A stretch of DNA of 64,000 nt, taken from IMG/VR virus record IMGVR_UViG_3300046787_000675, positions 96,706 to 160,705 of that record. One strand, written 5' to 3'. A program made the position numbers and the translations under genes. This document shows positions 28,446 through 38,512 of this stretch, piece by piece. Numbering within the stretch: position 1 is the stretch's first letter; each line of letters starts with the position of its first letter. The notes beneath the pieces were generated by a model. That model saw only the letters and a list, made by a program, of their open reading frames with translations. It was not told the origin of the DNA and made no database searches. This DNA comes from a virus.

Positions 28446-29457
28446 TATTTGTTACCTTTCTTTTTTTCTTTCTGTTCGCGATACAATGTCATTATTCTGC
28501 TATAATACTCTTGAACTTTTACAGGGTCACTAGTATCTAATTCAGTATTAAACTTACCTTGTACTTTTTTAAGTTTTTTATAATCTAACCAAGGTAACTC
28601 CTCTAATGTATATCCTTTATTTATTTTATCCCATAGATTTAATCTTTTTTGATGGGAGATATTAAACATCGACACACTATCCAACTGAAGTCGCATATAA
28701 TTAGAAAATATCTGACGTTCGATATCATCTATAACAAGAGACTCTCTAATTATGGATTTTTTATATTTTTTTGAAACGGTACTGAAGTCTAAGGCTTTAG
28801 TAGTGTGTGCTCTTATCGCCAGACGAGTCCAGCGTTCTGATAAAAATTTTCGTCGAAGGCACCCTCCGACGCTGCCGCTATAATTGAATGGAATGTTATA
28901 AGAGCCTTAAATACCAGTACCTGTCTTGTTTCGGTTACTCCTCCAAATCTTTTAGCGAATTCAGAGGTAGCTTCTTCCCAGGTAGGGAATTCCTTTATAG
29001 CAGGTAAATTATATGTTTTTTTATCTTGATCCACTTTTATAGCTGTAACACTGTAGAGGGCTTGTATCTTCCGGGAGATAGTCATCGATTCTACATAATT
29101 ACGCTCTTTTACAGTATAGATAAGGCGCATAACTTCTTCTGTTATGGTATCTGTCTGTTCGCGGAAGCTTACTACGAAATTACCGTTAAACAGGGAAATA
29201 TCTTTTTCGTATGGTTTATTTGCCAAAATACATCTTAAATATTCTTTCTGTTCCGGTTCGACTAATTTCGGGGTAGGATTTCTAATATCCCATTGGCATC
29301 TCGGACAGGTGTGTTGCGCCTTTTCCTGAAGGAGTTTAATAGTATCATCCTGTTCTGTCTCAGAACTAGTTTGTTGTTTAACTGGGGTCGGGTCAACTGG
29401 TTTAGTTTTTTCGTCGGCAGCAGGGGGTAAAGACCACCCTTTATGTTCTGTACTCAT
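28445..29457 (-). CDS. tail assembly chaperone, -1 frameshift-extended form (gpGT analogue, about 337 aa)
   Basis: The -1 frame is open from the slippery site at 28843 (LSERWTRLAIRAHTT...) and continuous with ORF 28445..28696. Confidence 0.75.
28813..29457 (-). CDS. tail assembly chaperone (gpG analogue)
   Basis: 214 aa upstream of tape measure; ends ENFYQNAGLVWR over a slippery site. Confidence 0.75.
   Translation of the reverse strand: MSTEHKGWSLPPAADEKTKPVDPTPVKQQTSSETEQDDTIKLLQEKAQHTCPRCQWDIRNPTPKLVEPEQKEYLRCILANKPYEKDISLFNGNFVVSFREQTDTITEEVMRLIYTVKERNYVESMTISRKIQALYSVTAIKVDQDKKTYNLPAIKEFPTWEEATSEFAKRFGGVTETRQVLVFKALITFHSIIAAASEGAFDENFYQNAGLVWR
28843..28849 (-). other. -1 programmed ribosomal frameshift heptamer A AAT TTT
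   Basis: X XXY YYZ in correct phase (GAA AAT TTT TAT) 10 codons before the stop. Confidence 0.8.
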
Positions 29458-29469
29458 GGTTCTGTTCCT

Positions 29470-32061
29470 TTAACTATTTGTAATGTATTGGTCGAACGAC
29501 TTACTATCCCCTAATCCAGTTCCATCGGCATCTAACGAACGGATTATAGGTGTTTTATCTGCGAATACTTCTGTTCCGGGATAAGCGTAAGTTTTGCCTA
29601 AAATACCGTGCTCTACAGCATTTTCAACCCATGTTTTACCACTGTCTTTAACCATTCTCTGCCAGGCAAGCTCAGTAAAATAAATTTTAGAAACGTCAAT
29701 ATTATACATGGTTGAAGACGAATCCGGGAAACAAAAATCAGTATAGTTATGAGCTTTATCTGTAAACATCCCTTCTTTAACCGCTTTCTTAAATACCGCG
29801 GTAATGGCACTTGCAGCTTTTGTTATATTTTCTTTTGTTTTAGTTATTGTAGGTTTTTGTACAACTACATTTATGCGCTGACTAGTTGCGATAGGATTAG
29901 GGTTACACCCTTGATTAGCCTGTACAGCTTTTTCTGAAAGTATTGACTCTTTACTTGCGATTACACCTGTAGTTTTTATGGATCCGTTTACCTCTACAGA
30001 AGGTACACTTGCGGGAATACTTATAGAGATATTCTCTGTTACTCCGGATGAATTCAAACTAGGTCTTTTTATATTTGATTCCCCTTTTTCTATTCCTATT
30101 ATAGGCGCGGTAAACTGTACTTTTGCTTCTCCTAGTAACATCGCGGTATCTGCACTGGTAAATAAACCGGTAGCTGTACGATAATTACCAAAAGCACCTA
30201 TGCCGGTATGCAATATGTTTAGGTCAGTTGCCAGCATTAATAAATTTGCTTTACCTGCATCTATAGTTATTTCACATTCATTACTTTCTCTCTCTGTACC
30301 TAAACCGTTATCCGAATTAGAGGTCGAATGGCCAGAGATAGAAAAACGCTTCGCGAGATTAACTATACTGGCATCTTTTGCCTTTATATAAATACCTGAT
30401 CCTTTTGTATTACCATTTTTTAAATCTTTTTCAGAGGCATCGTTTATAGTGTTTTTATCTGCTTTGTTCTCTATAACCATGGCACCTTTACCGCTATTAC
30501 CGGACAGTAAATTCATAAAGGTATCTGCTTTGATATTTACTCCACCTTTATTCGCGACGAATTCTATATTCTCCCCTACTTTGTGGATCTCGTTACGCGG
30601 GATAATAGATATTAAATCTCTACCTGCCTGGAACTTTATGTCCAGCGGTGCCGAGAATATTAATGTCCCTTTATCCATGTTTATACCTGCTCCGAAACCA
30701 TCACCGATATGTAGACCTCCGTCGTCTTGCATAATAAAGGACGAGGAGTTTTTAAATAGACGAACAAACCTACCGGACTCTACTTCGATAGGATCTGTTA
30801 ACAAGTCAGGTAATTTATCGAGTGAGTATTCCGGTTCTGTTCTGTCCAGAGGGGGAAGAGACATATCCTGAGTAGAAGCTATTTCTTTTTCTCCTTTAGG
30901 CGGAATTACCCATATGCTTCCTTCCTGACGGAGTCCAGACCAGAAATACTTCTCCTCTTCAAATGTTTTTATCTTATCTTTTAATAGGGATTGAACAGCA
31001 TAATATTCTTCGACAGAAGCTAAACCTAACTCTTTTACTTTAGCTTCTACATCCGTCATGCCTTTGTAAGGGTCTTCTTCCGGTTCCGTATCCTCAGGAT
31101 ATAATGACCCGGTATCTGCTGTTTGCTGCGGAACGCGTATAGCCCCTGTTTTATACAAGGCTATCTCTTTAGCTGCTTCTATGCGATATATGCCGTCCCC
31201 TTTATTAAGAACACGTGTCAGCCCTAGTAGTTCATCGTCATAGGTATAAATCTTTTTGTCGCTTTTCTTAGGGGTCTGTGTAAATGTCATTTCCCCTTGA
31301 ACGGCTCCTCCTTTAAGAGAGCAATAACGCGATAGAGACCGTTGTTTCTCATCCTGTAGTTCGAATTTACCGTCTACCTCTTTTACAGTGTCACCTTCTT
31401 TACCTCCTAAACCTTCATAAGTAGTATAGGCGTGTTGTTCTATGCTTAACCCATAGACTCCTTCTTTGTAGGTGTGTTTAAAATAAAAAAGTGTATCTTC
31501 AATTAATGCGTCTGCCGTAATCTCCGCTGTCTTATCAATACCATGGAATTGAATACAGCAGTCCGGACTGGCACCTATACGGGTTAAAAATAAGGCAATC
31601 TGTATAATGCCGCCAAGTGCATTACTTTTAGTCCAGTCTCCTGGAAGCGAGTCTAATAGTTTGTTGAACGATCTATCTTGTCTGGAAGTAGGGGCGAAGT
31701 CTTTATCAGCAATTGTATCATATACAATTGTATTGTTGTAGTCGCCGAGATGTTCGGAGAATTGTTGGGGGAAGTAATTAGTATTAAATGCTTTAGGAAA
31801 TACACTAATTGCATCTATAATGATATATGGAGATACCAGGGAGAAGACATGTTGTTGTCCTTTTTCAGGGACAATAACTATTACTGTTGTGCCGGGTAAA
31901 TAACTACTGCCACCACCAGTAGTGCCAAGTCTATCCCCCCCTTGATCAGACGCAGTAGCAACTACGCGTCCGACTCCGGGGATAAAGACATGATAGGAAT
32001 TTAGATATGGCGTGGCAGTAATAACTCTGCCAAGATGTAAATGGAAGCCTGCATCTATCAC
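29470..32061 (-). CDS. putative baseplate central spike (gp5/VgrG-like)
   Basis: 863 aa; N-terminal OB-fold-like segment (GRVI...YLPGTTVIV) and beta-helix-like repeats (SFIMQDDGGLHIGDGFGAGINMDKGTLIFSAPLDIKFQAGRD); GAGGA RBS. Confidence 0.6.
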   Translation of the reverse strand: MIDAGFHLHLGRVITATPYLNSYHVFIPGVGRVVATASDQGGDRLGTTGGGSSYLPGTTVIVIVPEKGQQHVFSLVSPYIIIDAISVFPKAFNTNYFPQQFSEHLGDYNNTIVYDTIADKDFAPTSRQDRSFNKLLDSLPGDWTKSNALGGIIQIALFLTRIGASPDCCIQFHGIDKTAEITADALIEDTLFYFKHTYKEGVYGLSIEQHAYTTYEGLGGKEGDTVKEVDGKFELQDEKQRSLSRYCSLKGGAVQGEMTFTQTPKKSDKKIYTYDDELLGLTRVLNKGDGIYRIEAAKEIALYKTGAIRVPQQTADTGSLYPEDTEPEEDPYKGMTDVEAKVKELGLASVEEYYAVQSLLKDKIKTFEEEKYFWSGLRQEGSIWVIPPKGEKEIASTQDMSLPPLDRTEPEYSLDKLPDLLTDPIEVESGRFVRLFKNSSSFIMQDDGGLHIGDGFGAGINMDKGTLIFSAPLDIKFQAGRDLISIIPRNEIHKVGENIEFVANKGGVNIKADTFMNLLSGNSGKGAMVIENKADKNTINDASEKDLKNGNTKGSGIYIKAKDASIVNLAKRFSISGHSTSNSDNGLGTERESNECEITIDAGKANLLMLATDLNILHTGIGAFGNYRTATGLFTSADTAMLLGEAKVQFTAPIIGIEKGESNIKRPSLNSSGVTENISISIPASVPSVEVNGSIKTTGVIASKESILSEKAVQANQGCNPNPIATSQRINVVVQKPTITKTKENITKAASAITAVFKKAVKEGMFTDKAHNYTDFCFPDSSSTMYNIDVSKIYFTELAWQRMVKDSGKTWVENAVEHGILGKTYAYPGTEVFADKTPIIRSLDADGTGLGDSKSFDQYITNS

Positions 32062-32082
32062 GCCATATCCTCATTTTTTTTG

Positions 32083-32544
32083 TTAGGATACATTTAGTCC
32101 GAGGAAAGTAAAGCCCATACCTGCATTAATTACAGTTAGACCTTGTTGTTCCTGGACAGCTATTTGAATACTACTCAAGAGTACACCACTACAGTGAAAC
32201 TCCACACGTTCTTGTGTTTCATCACAGCTATTAGGAATACCTACAGGTACAACCTTCATATTATTCTTCTCTACGCTACAAGCTTTAGCATATTTGTCTA
32301 AGAATTTTTTAATACCTTTAGAAGGGCCTATAATAGCTCCCAAGGTACCTTGTCCTTGACCTTCACCTGCAATTAAATATCGTTTATCGTTATTTAATGC
32401 CGAGAACTTTTGAATAGTACGTGTGTACTGTAGTTGTACACTAGTTAGTACCAGATCGTCAGCTTCACCTATATTAATAACAGCTCCGTTAACACTCCAG
32501 GCACCGCCTACACTTGTGTCTACTCCGAAAATATCAGCAGCCAT
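32083..32544 (-). CDS. tail tube protein
   Basis: 153 aa, beta-rich, immediately downstream of sheath, strong RBS. Confidence 0.7.
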   Translation of the reverse strand: MAADIFGVDTSVGGAWSVNGAVINIGEADDLVLTSVQLQYTRTIQKFSALNNDKRYLIAGEGQGQGTLGAIIGPSKGIKKFLDKYAKACSVEKNNMKVVPVGIPNSCDETQERVEFHCSGVLLSSIQIAVQEQQGLTVINAGMGFTFLGLNVS

Positions 32545-32556
32545 AATTTATTCTCC

Positions 32557-35253
32557 TTATGCTGTTACATTTAAGATTATATCCATCTGATTCAGAGGTA
32601 ATGGTACCACTGGAATCAAGTGAATAGTAACGGTATCCCTGAGAACTGGATGGCGTTCTATTTTTTCGATCGTCAGATCTAGTAATTGAGGGCCAATGTT
32701 TGCAGGATAACTTCTACTCTGGATGGATGTTGTGGTATCTGTAATACGTAGGTTAATTAGTTTTAAACTACTTGGACTAATATTACTTTGACCCAACAAA
32801 TCTCTTGTATTATTGTAATAATCTCTACTGATATGGTCGATATTCGTAGTTACAGAATCTTCTCTGGCAAGAATGTCGTCCGGGTTATTTTCAGTAGTTA
32901 ATTGATGACGGGTATACACTCTGCCTGTATTGTCTTTAACAACAATCCAGGTACCGCCTGACGCCATTACATTCAAATCAGTTTTACCTAATTTAAGTAC
33001 AGGCGACAAGTAAGCTGTAGGTATAGCTACTTCTGTCATCGGAGCATGAGGAGCTAAACCGGATCTTTGTCCTGCAAGAGCAGCACAGAGATAGAATAAC
33101 TCTTTAGGATTACCGTCTCCATCGATGTAGTTATCTGCCCAAATACAACGTACACGTCTTGTGGCGTATGATCCAGAATGAGTACCGACAGCAGCTGCAT
33201 ATTGTGCGTTAGTTAGACTTCTCCAGATCTCGATTTTAACTGCAACAGAGATAGGAGCATCAAGTGGAGTAAGGAGGAGTAATTCGTCCTCGGAAACAGC
33301 ATCAACAATGAACTCGTCATATGTTACTGTATCGCCGCTATCGTCGAAGTTGATACGAAGGATATCTCCTGGTAAAACTCCGTTAGTTGCGAATAATGAT
33401 CCAACAGAAACTACTTTCTTAGCTCCGTTAGCCGGGACATCTTCTACAGTAGCTACAATATCGTCGTCGTTACCTTGTGCAGTATAGACACCGATGACTT
33501 GGCTTGTGTTATTAGCTAACCAAGCAATTCGCCATTGATTGTTTAACTCGTTAGAACGAGATAATACATGCGCAACGCACAGATTTTTAATGTCTGCGTC
33601 GTTAGTTAATGGAACAATACTGTATACGATATTATTTTCTGTCAATACGTCGAGAGCTCGCGTATAGCCTTCTAAGTCATCCGATTCAACATTGATAGCA
33701 TATACCGGAACACCTTGAGCCAGAGATACTGCTTCGAAAGCGCCTTGCGCTAATGGATTCGATGGAGATACAGGTCCAAGGAGTGTATCAACATCTTCAG
33801 GGAAAGCTACAGACATCAGATTATTTGCTGATACTGTATTATGTTCTCTGTAGTCGGCATATAATACCCCTTCATGTACTTCAAGCGCCTGTAAGGTACC
33901 GAGAAGCTCATGTTGCTTGACTGCATTAGTATAAACAGTAATGTTACTTTGTGTTAGGCTATACGATGTTTCATCGAGCTCAACAGTAGTTATAACAAAC
34001 AAAGTTACGGTAATAGCATCTGTATCCAGGGCAGGAATTTTATCGCGTAGAACAGCTGTGTGGATTTCTCCTACTGAGGCTGTAGCGACGTCGAAAACAA
34101 TAATGTCTCCGGTATTCCATTGTGTAGTATCGAACAGAGATAGCTCCATACCTTTATTACCGATCGCATAATCTACTTGAGCAACAGTAAAGTCAGCTGC
34201 AAGGGCGTTGATCGACCCAGTAGAGTCTGCACCGTTATTAGTACGATAAGTGAAGATAAGGTCATCTGTACCGAGCGTTCCGCCTTTTGTACAGGTGATG
34301 ATATACTGAGTATTTTTTTTACCGGTATATGGACCCGTTATATTGACTTCTGCTGCATTAGTTTCATCTACCTGTGCGTATGTTTGGGAGATACTGACTC
34401 TCCATGTATCTTCAACATTTAAAGCACCGGAGCCGGCATCTTCAATCTGGAGTAATGCACCTCTGCTACCTAACGGTATTTCGTAACGGGTGTTAGGAAC
34501 ATCGTAGTTAGAAGCTGACAAGACAACAGTTTGTGTTTCTTCTCCGCCGTCGGAACTTATTTTCAGGGTTGTACCGTCTAGATTACCTGCTCCGCTACCT
34601 ACAGCAGCAACAGTAACACGGACACTGTATACATCGAGTGGGTAGCCGTCTTCCAGACCGTCATATGCAGATACATCGTAGCTGGTAGTGAATCTAGCCG
34701 GAGGAGCTGTAAGTTCTGTAGATCCGCTCGCGGTATCTCCGAAACCTTCTACCCTTGTTATATCCGGATCAGTTGTTCCTGGAACAGTATCCGCGATTAA
34801 AGCGGTAATAGCTGTTTTTACTTCATGTGCACCACTACCGTCTGTCCAGTTAAGAACAGCTACGTCGCCGACTTTTACATCGCGAGTACCAAGATCAAGA
34901 TCTCTGTCTGCAGCAGCATTAGATGCGATAACTTCATCGAATACAAGTTGGTTACTTTCGTCAGCAGCCAAAGCCGCAGGTGTACCTGTAACGAAATATT
35001 TCAATAAGCAGTTTTCTGCGATTATTTTAGCAGTAGATGTGTCAATTACTCCGCCCGCCACGTGGTTAGGCCAAGCATAGATATTAACATTATCTCTATC
35101 ATGATCTGCAATCTTAGATTTCTCGCTTGCTACATCATAACGATGTAGTGCAAACTGCGGACCAATGATCACTGCATACAAAGCTTCTGCTTCACTAACA
35201 GTTAAATTTGCGAGATTTTGAAAAACTCGCAAGCGTGGTTCTCTGTAAGCCAT
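32557..35253 (-). CDS. contractile tail sheath protein
   Basis: MAYREPRLRVFQ start; YSIVPLT, CAALAG, GGTWIV, RHQLTT, EDSVTTNIDHI and VPLPLNQMDI sheath-type motifs. Confidence 0.85.
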   Translation of the reverse strand: MAYREPRLRVFQNLANLTVSEAEALYAVIIGPQFALHRYDVASEKSKIADHDRDNVNIYAWPNHVAGGVIDTSTAKIIAENCLLKYFVTGTPAALAADESNQLVFDEVIASNAAADRDLDLGTRDVKVGDVAVLNWTDGSGAHEVKTAITALIADTVPGTTDPDITRVEGFGDTASGSTELTAPPARFTTSYDVSAYDGLEDGYPLDVYSVRVTVAAVGSGAGNLDGTTLKISSDGGEETQTVVLSASNYDVPNTRYEIPLGSRGALLQIEDAGSGALNVEDTWRVSISQTYAQVDETNAAEVNITGPYTGKKNTQYIITCTKGGTLGTDDLIFTYRTNNGADSTGSINALAADFTVAQVDYAIGNKGMELSLFDTTQWNTGDIIVFDVATASVGEIHTAVLRDKIPALDTDAITVTLFVITTVELDETSYSLTQSNITVYTNAVKQHELLGTLQALEVHEGVLYADYREHNTVSANNLMSVAFPEDVDTLLGPVSPSNPLAQGAFEAVSLAQGVPVYAINVESDDLEGYTRALDVLTENNIVYSIVPLTNDADIKNLCVAHVLSRSNELNNQWRIAWLANNTSQVIGVYTAQGNDDDIVATVEDVPANGAKKVVSVGSLFATNGVLPGDILRINFDDSGDTVTYDEFIVDAVSEDELLLLTPLDAPISVAVKIEIWRSLTNAQYAAAVGTHSGSYATRRVRCIWADNYIDGDGNPKELFYLCAALAGQRSGLAPHAPMTEVAIPTAYLSPVLKLGKTDLNVMASGGTWIVVKDNTGRVYTRHQLTTENNPDDILAREDSVTTNIDHISRDYYNNTRDLLGQSNISPSSLKLINLRITDTTTSIQSRSYPANIGPQLLDLTIEKIERHPVLRDTVTIHLIPVVPLPLNQMDIILNVTA

Positions 35254-35268
35254 TTTATTTTACCTCAT

Positions 35269-35955
35269 TTATTTACAAAAATCATATAGCATTTGTGTAC
35301 GTTTTATAAATGGAGCTTCATTCCTAATCTCCCATAAATAAACATACATCCATTCTATCTGGACAACGGTGTAAAAGCCGGTTTGTGCCTCTGCTTCTTC
35401 ATCCATCTCCTTTACTTCGGACAAGCTTGTAACTCTGAACTTACCTAACTTCGCATCATCTTGTATGATGCTTGAGTAATGTAACATTCTCATCATTACT
35501 TCCTGTCCAAGACTTTCTGCTGCGGCTCCCGTATCGGCTTTACATATTAGGGAATGTGACCCTCTTACCAGCACATTATGTCTTTCACCGTTTTTAGCAG
35601 TTGTTAATATAATGTTTCTTAAAGTCTGTTCGTTGAGATTTATTGGACCTCTTTTTACATAAATAGCAGGAGTCCGTTGAATGCTCTCTACATTTGTACT
35701 ATAACTGCTACCTATCCAAATGCTAGTTGTTCCTTGTTCGTTAGCGCATGGTTCTGTACAATTACTAGATGGACTGGAGCATAATTGTCTTAATAATGGG
35801 TCGTGTATATTGCGATAGTCGTGGAAATGATACTCTAATAATCTCTGAATGTATCCTTGCATAACTAAAGCTATAGGGCTTGTAGTTGTAATAGCGCTAC
35901 ATCCTTCAATAGCTTCCTGGGGCTCTCCCCATTCCGGTTCTGTATATACAGGCAT
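35269..35955 (-). CDS. putative tail terminator/completion protein
   Basis: RTPAIYVKRG motif; position just upstream of sheath. Confidence 0.55.
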   Translation of the reverse strand: MPVYTEPEWGEPQEAIEGCSAITTTSPIALVMQGYIQRLLEYHFHDYRNIHDPLLRQLCSSPSSNCTEPCANEQGTTSIWIGSSYSTNVESIQRTPAIYVKRGPINLNEQTLRNIILTTAKNGERHNVLVRGSHSLICKADTGAAAESLGQEVMMRMLHYSSIIQDDAKLGKFRVTSLSEVKEMDEEAEAQTGFYTVVQIEWMYVYLWEIRNEAPFIKRTQMLYDFCK

Positions 35956-37578
35956 CTATACTCTCTTTTGTTTAAATGCTTCTTCGATTACATTTCTTAT
36001 TTCTTTTTGTGTCGAGGCTATTTTCTGAATACCCTCTATCTCTAATATACGATCTTCCAAGTCATTTATAGACATGCTTCTCGCTTCTTTTTGTATTTCA
36101 CAGAGAAGTAAATCGCTGTAATTGTTTTCGGCTGCTTTTTTCTGCATAAGGGCTCCAAGCCCGGCCCCGGCAGCTCCGCCGAGAATAGTAGACAGAATAG
36201 ATTTTACTTTATGTTTACTTTCTTCTTCTTTATTTTCCGGTTTCTTGGATAATAACCGATGGAGTAAATATCCGATACCTGCTCCTCCTGCACCTCCGAT
36301 TACAGCTTTTCCGCCTCTAGACCCGACAAAATTACTAAGTTTATCTTTTATTTTAGCAGTATCTGTTTTCGGGGAATTATCTACAGGGGCATTACCCTCA
36401 GAAGAACTACCTCCTACAGCAGGTTTATCTGTTTTCGGGGCTTCTACATTTTTAACTATTGCCGGTTTAACATCTACATTATTTCGAGTAGTTTTATCTA
36501 TTGCATCTACTACTTTATCTACTTGTTCGGATCCTTTATTAACTACGTAAGGTACAGTGACAGGAGAAGTTAAAAGTGTTGCGGAAGTTACAGGACGCTT
36601 AAGAGCAAATTCTTGAGCCGTATTTTTAATACCTTTATCCAGTAATTTCTCTATAGGAGAGGCATTTTCAATCCTATCTTTAATAATTGACCTTATGTCT
36701 TTGTCTGTTATGGTCGTGTTGTTGAATTCGATAGAAGGAGTACCTTTAGTTGGATCATGGGGAATATTTCTAAGAGATATATCCCCATTTCTATATAGCT
36801 CCCTGTTTATAATATTTTCTATTTGAGGAAGTTTAGTATTCCCTTTTTTACCTTGTTGTATATCTAATAGATTCTGATTCTTTAATTTATTATATGTCTC
36901 TAATACAACAGGCGGAACATTATATACACTAGGAGATGGATTAGGGCTATTTACAGCTTTATGTAGATCTAAAACCTGTTTGTAGGTTTCGTTAGTAAGA
37001 TCCTGGACTGTTTTATCTTTGTTTTTAACACTCTGTGTGGTTTCTTCTGTAAATCTAAAGGATGGATCATCTAGCTTATATTGTTTAGATTTTATCGTTC
37101 CTTTCCCCGTATCCACGAAATCTTTTATTACTTTATCATAGACATCTGTAGAGTTTATATCGCCTAAATTATTTCGTCTAATATCTATAATCTGATCTTC
37201 TAATTTATTTAACTCACCATCTCTTCCACCAGGATGTGCTAACGGTTTAATATATTTATTTCGTTTAGCAAGATTACCCAGTAGAAATCCTAACGCACCG
37301 CCGGCACCTGTTCCCATATAGCTGTCTGTAGTAGCGTCACCTAAAATAGCTCCGCCGGTTGCCCCGGCAACACCAGGCAAATGTTTACGTGCTCGTCTAT
37401 TTAGAAATGTTAAACCACTTAATGCTCCTAAAACTGCGGAAGGATAACTGTCTGTAAGTGTGTAGGTACCAGCTCCTAGTGTACCAGCTCCTAGTGTACC
37501 AACTAATGTTTTATTAAATGCTTCGTTTCCTCCTGCTTCTTTATCTATAGAAAACGAACACGTATTCGTATTTGACAT
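35956..37578 (-). CDS. glycine-zipper protein, putative internal/ejection protein
   Basis: Three GxxxG hairpins; IDKEA near the N-terminus and MQKKA/IQKEA/IQKIA near the C-terminus. Confidence 0.6.
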   Translation of the reverse strand: MSNTNTCSFSIDKEAGGNEAFNKTLVGTLGAGTLGAGTYTLTDSYPSAVLGALSGLTFLNRRARKHLPGVAGATGGAILGDATTDSYMGTGAGGALGFLLGNLAKRNKYIKPLAHPGGRDGELNKLEDQIIDIRRNNLGDINSTDVYDKVIKDFVDTGKGTIKSKQYKLDDPSFRFTEETTQSVKNKDKTVQDLTNETYKQVLDLHKAVNSPNPSPSVYNVPPVVLETYNKLKNQNLLDIQQGKKGNTKLPQIENIINRELYRNGDISLRNIPHDPTKGTPSIEFNNTTITDKDIRSIIKDRIENASPIEKLLDKGIKNTAQEFALKRPVTSATLLTSPVTVPYVVNKGSEQVDKVVDAIDKTTRNNVDVKPAIVKNVEAPKTDKPAVGGSSSEGNAPVDNSPKTDTAKIKDKLSNFVGSRGGKAVIGGAGGAGIGYLLHRLLSKKPENKEEESKHKVKSILSTILGGAAGAGLGALMQKKAAENNYSDLLLCEIQKEARSMSINDLEDRILEIEGIQKIASTQKEIRNVIEEAFKQKRV

Positions 37579-37621
37579 AAAAATCTCCGTTTATTTTTTC
37601 TTTTTATACTTTAATACTGAT

Positions 37622-38509
37622 TTACCAAGTTTCATTCTTTGTTATATCTTCATCAAAAGAATTATCAATAATAACTTCTGGTACCTTGTTAAATTCCTCT
37701 ACTTCCTGCTCCATAGGCACTTTGTACGCGACATTACTCTGTGCTATCTCAGAGAGATTTAACTGGTATATTAAAGGAATAAATAGGGTCTCGGCGACGC
37801 TCTGAACGCTGTCGATGTAAAATCTCTTATTGTTACTTTTAACGACCCAGACATCGCCAGGATTAACAAGAGGGTAGGCAACTCCTCGAGCGACTCTTTT
37901 TTTATTATCGATTAACCCAAACGTCGCGGTAGCTTTCTCTACAGACGATGTGCCTCCGATATCCAGCCAGTAAGGAATAGCGTTGTAGTAACCTCCTTCT
38001 ATACCGACCCCAAAACAATTAATGCAGGAAGGTGTAGCAACTTCCTGTGTGTCATAATCAACACATACGTGACAAGGGATACCATGTTGTCGGGGTTTTA
38101 ATAATTTCCCTTCTACACCTGTAGGTAATTTCTGGAGCCTTAGATATTCTTTCCGGATAATTTCCCGAGCAACTAATCTCTGATGTCTGTCTTTCCATCC
38201 TTCGTTAACGTGTACCGGTTTGCTTTTATATTCGTTGCCGTCGGCATCGATAGCTACTACCCTGTAATATAGGTCTGCTCGGAGAGCACAGAAATAATGT
38301 ACTTCGTCGACATAGACACACATATCGTCAATAAGATCGGTTGTTATGCGTATCCATTCCCCTCCTCTAGATATATCTATGTGAAAACCTGTTATCGCGT
38401 TCTCTAAGGAAAAACGGACGTCCAGAGTCCATTGAATAACATTAGATTTATTTGGAGCTGTAGTCACAAAAACATCTGTAAATAGAGGGATTTCTCTTTT
38501 TAGGCTCAT
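37622..38509 (-). CDS. putative head-closure/neck protein with Zn-ribbon
   Basis: CHVC...CINCFGVGIEGGY; PLVNPGDVWV..NKRFYI closure-like motif; Fn3-like N-terminus. Confidence 0.6.
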   Translation of the reverse strand: MSLKREIPLFTDVFVTTAPNKSNVIQWTLDVRFSLENAITGFHIDISRGGEWIRITTDLIDDMCVYVDEVHYFCALRADLYYRVVAIDADGNEYKSKPVHVNEGWKDRHQRLVAREIIRKEYLRLQKLPTGVEGKLLKPRQHGIPCHVCVDYDTQEVATPSCINCFGVGIEGGYYNAIPYWLDIGGTSSVEKATATFGLIDNKKRVARGVAYPLVNPGDVWVVKSNNKRFYIDSVQSVAETLFIPLIYQLNLSEIAQSNVAYKVPMEQEVEEFNKVPEVIIDNSFDEDITKNETW

Positions 38510-38512
38510 ATA

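Noticed and set aside
28445-28696. Stand-alone 83-aa gene
   Set aside because: No RBS; better explained as the tail of the -1 frameshift product
18156-35955. Bacterial eCIS/T6SS/tailocin locus
   Set aside because: Contiguous with neck, capsid, protease, scaffold and phage RNAP genes, which indicates a true phage
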